Below, piece after piece: positions 1 to 5,837 of a DNA stretch of 15,518 nucleotides. Below the pieces are notes generated by a model. That model made no database searches and had not been told where the DNA came from. It was given only the letters and a program-made list of their open reading frames with translations. The position numbers were made by a program, and so were the translations under genes. How positions within the stretch are numbered: the first letter of the stretch is position 1; each line of letters begins with the position of its first letter. Source of the stretch: Candidatus Micrarchaeia archaeon. GTDB lineage: Archaea > Micrarchaeota > Micrarchaeia > Burarchaeales > JAVZCV01. Location of the stretch: NCBI GenBank assembly GCA_038874215.1, contig JAVZCV010000004.1, positions 36,538 through 52,055 on the forward strand, written 5' to 3'.

Positions 1-84
1 ACCGCACAAATCCACAGAATGCAATTCAAGAAGAGCTACTGCATCCTCCCCGAACTTCTTCATGTATTCCTCTACGCCTACCAA
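1..84 (-). CDS. 5' end of an unknown protein running off the window (MVGVEEYMKKFGEDAVALLELHSVDLCG...)
   Basis: Open frame from TTG at 84 to the window edge. GGTGA SD-like motif lies 4 nt upstream, and a TTTAAATA TATA-like box is at about 123-116. Too short to assign a function. Confidence 0.45.
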   Translation of the reverse strand, partial: MVGVEEYMKKFGEDAVALLELHSVDLCG

Positions 85-126
85 GCAATCACCATGAGTA
101 TTACGGTGATTGCGTATTTAAATGCC

Positions 127-1458
127 TTACAGTATGGGAAAGTATGTTTCAATCTCCCACGGCGTAACCCTTATCCTGTATTCATCCCAGTGCTCTCTCT
201 GCGCTGCCGTAAGCTTCTCATATATGTGCTTCCCGAGAGTCTGCTTTACGAGCTCGCTCTTGCCCATCTCTTCAAGAGCCTCGCCCAAAGAGCCCGGCAA
301 TGTCTTTATGTAGAACTTCTTGAGCTTCTCATCATCAAAATCATACACGTCCTCCTCAACAGGCTCTGGCGGCTTCATGCCTTTTTTTACTCCATCAAGC
401 CCTGCCGCAAGCATTACTGAGAAAGCTAGGTATGGGTTGCATGAAGGGTCGGGGCACCGCAGTTCTAGGCGCGTTGCCGATTTCTTACCTTCTATATGCC
501 TTGGCACACGAATCAACGCAGACCTGTTTATTTGCGACCAGCATATATACACGGGCGCCTCATATCCAGGCACAAGGCGCTTGTAGCTATTGACTGTGGG
601 CGCAACAACACCACATATCGCCCTTGCATGGTGCAACTGCCCCGCAATAAAACTCTTCGCAACATCAGAAAGGCCATATTCGTCTTTGCTACTGTAAAAG
701 GCGTTTTCCCCATTTTTCCATAAGCTCTGGTGCGTGTGCATCCCGGAGCCGTTTATGCCATAAACAGGCTTTGGCATGAAGGAAGCAAAAAGCCCATATT
801 TCTGCGCTGTCCTCTTGACTACATTCTTGTATGTTATAACACTGTCCGCTACTTTCAGCGCATCCCCATACCTGAAGTCTATCTCATGCTGGCCAGGCGC
901 GACTTCGTGGTGTGCCATCTCCACATCTATCCCCATCATCCCAAGATACGGCACAACCTCCCTTTTTATGTCTGACGCAAGGTCAAGAGGGGCAAGGTCA
1001 AAATACCCTGCCGTATCGTGCGTTGTCTGGCAACTCGCTTCACCATTCTTGAAAAAGAAAAACTCAAGCTCAGGGCCAACGAAATACTCATACCCCATCT
1101 CTTTTGCCTTTGCCAACGTTCTTTTCAGGCATCCACGCGGGTCGCCCTCAAAAGGCGTTTTCTCATCAACATAAACATCGCATATTATCCTCGCCACTTT
1201 GTTGTCAGTCATCGGGACTATTGCATACGTGTCTGGGTCTGGCATTAGAAACATATCGCTCTCATGTATCCTCACGAACCCTTCTATAGACGAGCCATCA
1301 AACCATAGACCCGAGTTGAGCGCATCCTCTAGCTTAGTTATCGGTATCTCGCATACCTTCTGTTTTCCTAAAATATCCGTGAATTGCATTGCTATGAACT
1401 TTACTCCCTCCTTTTTCACCCGTTTAAGTATCGCCGCACGTTTTTCATCCTTAGACAC
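127..1458 (-). CDS. glnA: Glutamine synthetase, type I
   Basis: Motifs FDGSSIEGF, GPELEFF, HHEVAPGQHEI, FMPKP..NGSGMHTHQSL, YKRLVPGYEAP, NRSALIRVP and RLELRCPDPSCNPYLA. Start placed at GTG 1458 because SD GGAGG (1470-1466) sits 7 nt upstream. The ORF-track GTG at 1464 abuts the SD. Confidence 0.97.
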   Translation of the reverse strand: MSKDEKRAAILKRVKKEGVKFIAMQFTDILGKQKVCEIPITKLEDALNSGLWFDGSSIEGFVRIHESDMFLMPDPDTYAIVPMTDNKVARIICDVYVDEKTPFEGDPRGCLKRTLAKAKEMGYEYFVGPELEFFFFKNGEASCQTTHDTAGYFDLAPLDLASDIKREVVPYLGMMGIDVEMAHHEVAPGQHEIDFRYGDALKVADSVITYKNVVKRTAQKYGLFASFMPKPVYGINGSGMHTHQSLWKNGENAFYSSKDEYGLSDVAKSFIAGQLHHARAICGVVAPTVNSYKRLVPGYEAPVYICWSQINRSALIRVPRHIEGKKSATRLELRCPDPSCNPYLAFSVMLAAGLDGVKKGMKPPEPVEEDVYDFDDEKLKKFYIKTLPGSLGEALEEMGKSELVKQTLGKHIYEKLTAAQREHWDEYRIRVTPWEIETYFPIL

Positions 1459-1511
1459 AAACACACCTCCTACAAATTATTTGTATATCGCACATTTACA
1501 ATAATAATCAA

Positions 1512-1533
1512 AGAAAGATATTTATAACTTTCT
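1512..1533. promoter_or_regulatory. Palindromic BRE/TATA-like element upstream of glnA (AGAAAG-ATATTTATAA-CTTTCT)
   Basis: A purine-rich BRE-like hexamer followed by a TATA-like box can be read on both strands. It lies 55-75 nt upstream of the glnA start. Confidence 0.5.
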
Positions 1534-1614
1534 ATTATACAAATGAACAAAAAAAAGTAAATAAGTATACAAACATACAAGAAATAGCTAGCCTACTCTC
1601 AAACCATCGTAAGG

Positions 1615-1622
1615 TATTAATT
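1615..1622 (+). promoter_or_regulatory. TATA box of tRNA-Phe
   Basis: TATTAATT at -31..-24 from the mature tRNA 5' end (1646). Confidence 0.55.
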
Positions 1623-1664
1623 CCTTGTCTTAGTAATTTTTTTGTGCCGTGGTAGCTCAGCCTG

Positions 1665-1698
1665 CGGGCTTTTTAGCAAAGCTAAAAAGCTCGGCTAA
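1665..1698 (+). other. tRNA-Phe intron 1, D-loop position 18/19, 34 nt, strict BHB
   Basis: Central helix AGCC/GGCT, bulges TG^C and AA^G, inner helix GGGCTTTTTAGC/GCTAAAAAGCTC, outer helix CTC/GAG. Confidence 0.92.
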
Positions 1699-1736
1699 GG
1701 AGAGCATCCGGCTGAAGACCGGAGTGTCGCTGGTTC

Positions 1737-1802
1737 GCGCCCCTTTTTCTAAAAAAGGAGAAAAAGCGGTTGTCCGGAAGACACCTCCCATGGGCGGCCA
1801 AA
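1737..1802 (+). other. tRNA-Phe intron 2, T-loop position 56/57, 66 nt
   Basis: Central helix TGGT/GCCA, bulges TC^G and AA^A, inner helix CGCCC/GGGCG. Removal restores the T-loop TTCAAAT. Confidence 0.9.
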
Positions 1803-1862
1803 AAATCCGGCCCACGGCACACATATCTTTACTCGCCAATTTTTCAGCCCATAAGAAACGAA

Positions 1863-1869
1863 TTTAAGG
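1863..1869 (+). promoter_or_regulatory. TATA box of tRNA-Gly(GCC)
   Basis: TTTAAGG at -31..-25 from 1894, preceded by purine-rich AAGAAACGAA (BRE-like). Confidence 0.5.
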
Positions 1870-1908
1870 TTTTATTGCCAAATCCATACCGATGCGGTTG
1901 TAGTCTAG

Positions 1909-1964
1909 TAAACTTTCTTTCAAAAAGAAAGTTTAATCAAAAAAACGAAAGAAAGTTTGGGCAA
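1909..1964 (+). other. tRNA-Gly(GCC) intron 1, D-loop position 15/16, 56 nt
   Basis: Central helix GTCT/GGGC (two G-U pairs), bulges AG^T and AA^C, inner helix AAACTTTCTTTC/GAAAGAAAGTTT. Confidence 0.88.
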
Positions 1965-1988
1965 CCTGGTTAGGACGCGAGCTTGCCA

Positions 1989-2006
1989 TGCGCTGAATGC
2001 GCAAAA
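1989..2006 (+). other. tRNA-Gly(GCC) intron 2, canonical position 37/38, 18 nt
   Basis: Central helix TTGC/GCAA, bulges CA^T and AA^A, inner helix GCG/TGC, outer helix is the anticodon stem. Confidence 0.92.
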
Positions 2007-2021
2007 AGCTCGTGGCCCGGG

Positions 2022-2060
2022 TGGCTTTTCTTTTCCGTTTTTAAAAAGAAAGCCCGGGAA
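2022..2060 (+). other. tRNA-Gly(GCC) intron 3, position 53/54, 39 nt
   Basis: Central helix CCCG/CGGG, bulges GG^T and AA^T, inner helix GGCTTT/AAAGCC. Confidence 0.92.
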
Positions 2061-2083
2061 TTCAAATCCCGGCGACCGCATCA

Positions 2084-2090
2084 TTTTTTT
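2084..2090 (+). terminator. Oligo-T terminator of tRNA-Gly(GCC), overlapping the convergent kinase stop codon
   Basis: T7 run 3 nt after the discriminator base. Archaeal terminators are oligo-T tracts. Confidence 0.5.
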
Positions 2091-3186
2091 AATACGTCAA
2101 AAAGAAGGCTGAGGCAAAGCAATCCCCAAGCCCTACGGTGCGCCTCTCTTTTACAGGGAAGCTTCCAACACCGCCTTTGACACCGAATCTTCCCTGTTTT
2201 ATTCTTTGTGAGTAATCGTACAGCTCCTCAAATCTTGGGTTTTTTCCATAAAATGCTCTATAAGAAGCGACTATTGAGGCGAAAACCTGTGCTTCTTCCT
2301 TCTTCTCCCCGACAAGAACCGAGCCTTCCTTTGTATGGATTACTGCACTCTTAACGATTTTTCTTAGACTATTGATATCACCGCCAGCAACCTGCTTCAA
2401 TTCAACCTCGTTCATCCCTACGCAATCAACGAGCGGAAAAAGCCTCCGTTTCACCTCCCTTGCAATATCCAAATCCTGAAAGTCGCCAAGCTCCAAAAAT
2501 ACCCTTATTTCTTGGTTCATATCCCTCCACCTCTCAACGAGCTTCTCTACATGCGCAACCCGCTCTCTGCACTTCCTGCCAAGAAGGTGGAAGCCGCCAA
2601 GAACAATTTTTTCTATCCTGCCTATATTCCTCTCAACGCATCTTTCAAAATTATCGTCAATAAGCATGTTGAAATTCGCCTCATCATACGATGCGATAAC
2701 CCTGTTTGATGCGGGAATCTTTTTGCCAAGAAACACCCCCTTCTTGAACTCAAAAACATAGTGCGTTGATTCCTCATCGCCACAACCTGCCATACGTGCG
2801 GGCTTAAAGCATTTTTCAGTCTGCACCATCACATTCTTATCAATGAGAGAAATCTGTCTTTCGGACTTGCTATACACGTGCAAATATGTGCTTACGCCAA
2901 GCGCCGCTGACACATTCGCCATATTTCCTGCCTGCCCTCCTACAACCGCAACACCGCCTCGTAGCTGTGCAAGTTTCTCTGCCGTCCTCCTTGAAACTCT
3001 TATCTCCCTCTGACCACCAGAAAATACGCATTCAAGAAGCGGAGCGAGCTCCTCGTTCTCTGAAAACACCTTTGCATGCTCCTCGCTGAACTCAAAAACA
3101 ACGTCAACGTTTGTGTTGAATGCAAATAAACAGGAATTCGCTACCCTTCCCTCGGCCCATTCAACATATTTCGCGTAGTCCTTCAT
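2089..3186 (-). CDS. ADP-dependent glucokinase/phosphofructokinase family protein (ribokinase superfamily)
   Basis: Family motifs AFNTNVD, GGQAGNMAN, NRVIAS, VFLELG, GMNEVEL (NxxE) and TVGLGD. Compact at 365 aa. Substrate cannot be determined by eye. Confidence 0.9.
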   Translation of the reverse strand: MKDYAKYVEWAEGRVANSCLFAFNTNVDVVFEFSEEHAKVFSENEELAPLLECVFSGGQREIRVSRRTAEKLAQLRGGVAVVGGQAGNMANVSAALGVSTYLHVYSKSERQISLIDKNVMVQTEKCFKPARMAGCGDEESTHYVFEFKKGVFLGKKIPASNRVIASYDEANFNMLIDDNFERCVERNIGRIEKIVLGGFHLLGRKCRERVAHVEKLVERWRDMNQEIRVFLELGDFQDLDIAREVKRRLFPLVDCVGMNEVELKQVAGGDINSLRKIVKSAVIHTKEGSVLVGEKKEEAQVFASIVASYRAFYGKNPRFEELYDYSQRIKQGRFGVKGGVGSFPVKERRTVGLGDCFASAFFLTY

Positions 3187-3192
3187 GCAACC

Positions 3193-3219
3193 TATTTAAT
3201 TCTTTCAGTTTTTTAAATA
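3193..3219. promoter_or_regulatory. Interleaved divergent promoters for the kinase (-) and tRNA-Gly(CCC) (+)
   Basis: TATTTAAT (+, 3193-3200) is at -34..-27 from the tRNA start. TATTTAAA (-, 3219-3212) is at -33..-26 from the kinase ATG, which has no SD, suggesting a leaderless mRNA. Confidence 0.55.
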
Positions 3220-3279
3220 CTTGAATGCGGCCGTAATCTAGCCTGGTAGGATATGAGCTTCCCAAGCTCACTGCCCGGG

Positions 3280-3317
3280 TGGCCTTTCTTTCTCTTCTGA
3301 GAAAAATGGCCCGGGAA
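3280..3317 (+). other. tRNA-Gly(CCC) intron 1, position 53/54, 38 nt
   Basis: Central helix CCCG/CGGG, bulges GG^T and AA^T, inner helix GGCC/GGCC. Confidence 0.92.
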
Positions 3318-3323
3318 TTCAAA

Positions 3324-3363
3324 GCAGCTTTTTTGGAAAAAGCTGCCAAAAAACTACTGGAAA
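3324..3363 (+). other. tRNA-Gly(CCC) intron 2, position 59/60, 40 nt, relaxed BHB
   Basis: Central helix TTCA/TGGA, bulges AA^G and AA^T, outer helix is the T stem. The inner helix is imperfect, and the A-run makes the exact boundary rest on BHB geometry. Confidence 0.8.
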
Positions 3364-3395
3364 TCCCGGCGGCCGCATCATTTCTGCTCATTTGA

Positions 3396-4034
3396 CTACA
3401 TGAACTGTTTTAACATCTCCCTTAAAGCCTGCGCTCCCTGAAAAACCATGCCGAAAACCAACACTGTAAGCCCAATCTTCATGTATCTATCGGCTGCGGC
3501 GAGTTGTGCAAGCGATTCGGCTTTTCCATACGCTACTGTTGCAGTTTCAATGAAAAGTGCGTAAGAAACGGCGTACTCGCCAATTATACTTACAGGATAG
3601 TACGGGTTGCCTTCTGCATCTTTCAGGAATAGCGATAACTCTGTGTTGTAAATGCCTTCCTCTGTGAGATGCACAGTAGGCTTTATCATAACACTCTGCA
3701 ACCTTGTCAGGTTGTACTGCCCATCAAAGCTTACCTCCCTCCCAGACGGATACACTGTTTTTCTAACTATCCTCCCGCTAAGCGAAATGTCCCTTTCTGA
3801 GTCAAAGAACAGCATGCAATCAACATATCCACCTCGCAGAGGATATTGCCCCTCTGAAGGGCCGCATTTAAGATAGAAAACGGCATCTTTGTACCTGATA
3901 CTTTTAGTTTCTTGCTCAATAGGAGCAAAGGCAGTAGAGCCCCATATAAAGAGAAGCAAAATAAAAAACGTTAAAATTGCGAGTGCAAAAATCCACTTCT
4001 CATAAAGAGCACGAATAAGGATTTTCATTACCAA
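3396..4034 (-). CDS. Hypothetical membrane protein with N- and C-terminal TM helices around a beta-rich extracellular domain
   Basis: 212-aa ORF with hydrophobic segments WIFALAILTFFILLLFIWG and IGLTVLVFGMVF. It lies 6 nt downstream of the Cys-rich gene, so an operon is likely. The start may be ATG 4028. Confidence 0.8.
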   Translation of the reverse strand: MVMKILIRALYEKWIFALAILTFFILLLFIWGSTAFAPIEQETKSIRYKDAVFYLKCGPSEGQYPLRGGYVDCMLFFDSERDISLSGRIVRKTVYPSGREVSFDGQYNLTRLQSVMIKPTVHLTEEGIYNTELSLFLKDAEGNPYYPVSIIGEYAVSYALFIETATVAYGKAESLAQLAAADRYMKIGLTVLVFGMVFQGAQALREMLKQFM

Positions 4035-4040
4035 TAACCC

Positions 4041-5312
4041 TCATGTTGTTATTCCTTCGCAGCTTTCCTTCACATCATACGTTTCTTTGTTCGTTGTCAG
4101 CAGGCATACTGTGCCCATACTCCTCCTGAAATATAATTCGTAAAACTCGTTTGCGCTTTCCCTCGTTGCATGGCACATGCGCATTCCGCGGTATGTCCTA
4201 ATCCCATCTATGGTGTAATTATACTTTGGCGTTTGGTTCACGGGGTATGTGGCTATATTTCCAGGCACACACCATACGTGCGTGCAGTCTTCTGCATAGT
4301 ATCTTATCTCGTTCGTTACTCTCGTCCTTATTCTCGTAGTGTAAATCATCGTCGGCTTTTTCACACCGCTTTCCCACCCTTCAAGCGTAACATAAACGTC
4401 CCCAACATTCTCCCCAAGCTCACCGAATGCGGCGGGAACAACAACATAGCACATACCGATGTTGCTCGCCTTTATCCTGCAAGCGCCGCCCGTAACCTTG
4501 TCATAAACTCCAAGCCCATCGGGCGTCGTAATCTCCATAACGAACGGGTGGTCGTTGTTAACCCTAAAATCAACATTGAAACTCTTACAGTTGAAAACGA
4601 ACTGCTCCGCTGGGCTTAGAACAGTCACCTTCAGCTCATCGTAACATACCTTGCAGTCTTCGTTGCAGGAGTAGCAATCTTCGTTGCTCTCACAAATGCC
4701 GTTTCCGCAGCAGGGTTTTATCTCCTCTATCGTGCATGTTCCCTCACTGCATGTCCTTCTTCTGCAAGGCTCTCCCTCTAGCTTTCCGCTGCATCCAGGC
4801 TGTTGTCCATCAATTTTTTGGTGCATGCACAGATAGCCCGTCTGCTCACTACAGTAATCCGTAGTGCATGGGTTTGCATCATCACACGATGCGGGGCACT
4901 GCGGAGTGCAATCCAAAGGACATGAGGAGAATTTTTCACCCTCCTCGCAAACCCCATTCCCGCAACAGTTTGTCACATTTTTTACTACGCACTCACCAGA
5001 GATGCATACTGCCAGCTTGCAGTTCTCGTCGGTTCTACATCCTGGATACGTTCCGTTTGCAGGGGCATGGCGACATGAGTAATTAGTATCCGAGCCGCAG
5101 TAATCAATTGTGCACGGATTTCCATCATCGCAAACAGGACATACTCTCTTTTCGCATTCCCCCAAATCTGTTACAACGGTGCCATCAGCACACGTGTATG
5201 TGTCGTTTCTCACATCGCCCGCTTTTTCTCCACCGAGATTAGGCATGGGCAACACGCATCCAGATAAAATCACAACCAAACCCACAGCTAAAACTATAAG
5301 ATTCGGCTTCAT
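4041..5312 (-). CDS. Cysteine-rich surface lipoprotein with CDDxNPCTxDxC and CCGNGxCE repeats
   Basis: Start at ATG 5312 gives MKPNLIVLAVGLVVILSGC, a signal peptide with an LSGC lipobox. Two tandem Cys-rich units and several NxT/S sequons follow. Confidence 0.85.
   Translation of the reverse strand: MKPNLIVLAVGLVVILSGCVLPMPNLGGEKAGDVRNDTYTCADGTVVTDLGECEKRVCPVCDDGNPCTIDYCGSDTNYSCRHAPANGTYPGCRTDENCKLAVCISGECVVKNVTNCCGNGVCEEGEKFSSCPLDCTPQCPASCDDANPCTTDYCSEQTGYLCMHQKIDGQQPGCSGKLEGEPCRRRTCSEGTCTIEEIKPCCGNGICESNEDCYSCNEDCKVCYDELKVTVLSPAEQFVFNCKSFNVDFRVNNDHPFVMEITTPDGLGVYDKVTGGACRIKASNIGMCYVVVPAAFGELGENVGDVYVTLEGWESGVKKPTMIYTTRIRTRVTNEIRYYAEDCTHVWCVPGNIATYPVNQTPKYNYTIDGIRTYRGMRMCHATRESANEFYELYFRRSMGTVCLLTTNKETYDVKESCEGITT
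4644..5141 (-). repeat. Two tandem Cys-rich protein units of about 81-85 aa
   Basis: CPVCDDGNPCTIDYC...Y.C.H...G..PGC...CCGNGVCEEGE...SC..DC aligns with CPASCDDANPCTTDYC...Y.C.H...G..PGC...CCGNGICESNE...SC..DC. Confidence 0.85.
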
Positions 5313-5421
5313 GGCATCTCTCTCGCTATTTCTTATGCACCGCAATATAAAAATATGACGCTAATAACGTGCGAGCGTTTTATTAATCTTACCAGAGCTA
5401 AAAAAGGCACAAGGTGATTCC

Positions 5422-5580
5422 CTGCCAGAGCTAAAGAATTGCACTACATGCGGAAGAAAAACGAAGGTGTTTGCGCTCTTTCCATGCCCTGCTTGCGGTG
5501 AGGAGATAATACGCTGCTTTCACTGCCGCGAAATTTCAAACGTTTATGTATGCCCAAAGTGCGGGCTCAAAGGTCCTTAG
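5422..5580 (+). CDS. Small zinc-ribbon protein (DUF1610 / HVO_2753-like), 52 aa, probable CTG start; absent from the ORF track
   Basis: (M)PELKNCTTCGRKTKVFALFPCPACGEEIIRCFHCREISNVYVCPKCGLKGP* has four CxxC pairs and the family's C-terminal CPxCG..GP. It sits in the usual archaeal position directly upstream of EF-1beta. SD AGGTGA at 5412-5417. Confidence 0.88.
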   Translation: MPELKNCTTCGRKTKVFALFPCPACGEEIIRCFHCREISNVYVCPKCGLKGP

Positions 5581-5588
5581 GTGTGCCT

Positions 5589-5837
5589 ATGGCCAACGTT
5601 GTTGCTCAAATTCGTGTAATGCCGCAGGATATGGAGGCTTTTGAAAAGATGAAGAACGAAATAGAGAAGAAGATAAAGCCCTACCGCATTGAGGAGGTTC
5701 CAATTGCATTCGGGCTCAAAGCTATACGGATAACGCTCCTTCTTGAAGACGATGCGGGCTTTACAAAAATTGAGGAGCAGATACGCAACCTTGATGGCGT
5801 GGGTGAAATAGAAGTTGAGCAGGTGAGCAGGATATAG
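5589..5837 (+). CDS. ef1b: Translation elongation factor 1-beta (aEF-1beta)
   Basis: MANVVAQIRVMP...EEVPIAFGLKAI...IDGV-like C-terminus (LDGVGEIEVEQVSRI). True start is ATG 5589 with SD AGGTG 5 nt upstream. The ORF-track start at 5550 lies inside the zinc-finger gene. Confidence 0.95.
   Translation: MANVVAQIRVMPQDMEAFEKMKNEIEKKIKPYRIEEVPIAFGLKAIRITLLLEDDAGFTKIEEQIRNLDGVGEIEVEQVSRI

Larger units (their letters stand above)
1646..1819 (+). tRNA. tRNA-Phe(GAA) with two non-canonical introns; exons 1646-1664, 1699-1736, 1803-1819 (74 nt spliced)
   Basis: Acceptor GCCGTGG/CCACGGC plus discriminator A. D arm GCTC-AGCCTG|GGA-GAGC. Anticodon arm TCCGG-CTGAAGA-CCGGA (GAA at 1714-1716). T arm GCTGG-TTC|AAAT-CCGGC. 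No encoded CCA. Confidence 0.95.
1894..2080 (+). tRNA. tRNA-Gly(GCC) with three introns; exons 1894-1908, 1965-1988, 2007-2021, 2061-2080 (74 nt spliced)
   Basis: Acceptor GCGGTTG/CGACCGC plus A. D arm GTCT-AG|CCTGGTTA-GGAC. Anticodon arm CGAGC-TTGCCA|A-GCTCG (GCC at 1985-1987). T arm CCGGG|TTCAAAT-CCCGG. A T-tract follows. Confidence 0.95.
3227..3377 (+). tRNA. tRNA-Gly(CCC) with two T-arm introns; exons 3227-3279, 3318-3323, 3364-3377 (73 nt spliced)
   Basis: Acceptor GCGGCCG/CGGCCGC plus A. D arm ATCT-AGCCTGGTA-GGAT. Anticodon arm TGAGC-TTCCCAA-GCTCA (CCC at 3261-3263). T arm CCGGG|TTCAAA|T-CCCGG. Confidence 0.94.

Noticed and set aside
19-1504. Plus-strand ORFs over glnA, and similar short antisense ORFs over the kinase, lipoprotein, Mut7-C and cas genes
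   Set aside because: Antisense or alternate-frame shadows of well-supported genes with no recognisable motifs.
1643-1822. Leader/trailer pairing that extends the acceptor stems (TGT/ACA in Phe, GAT/ATC in Gly-GCC) as a sign of split or permuted tRNAs
   Set aside because: Only 2-3 bp with no BHB at the termini, and the genes are colinear and complete.
1737-1964. Nested intron-within-intron in Phe intron 2 or Gly-GCC intron 1
   Set aside because: I could not build a second 4-bp helix with two 3-nt bulges inside either intron.
1649-2180. Short ORFs 1649-1867, 1657-1839, 1770-1973 and 1983-2180, and likewise 3161-3391
   Set aside because: They overlie the intron-containing tRNA genes and are spurious.
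1894-3377. Kinase flanked by two tRNA-Gly genes as an integrated element with attL/attR
   Set aside because: Both tRNAs are complete, distinct isoacceptors with their own promoters. There is no integrase and no long exact duplication.
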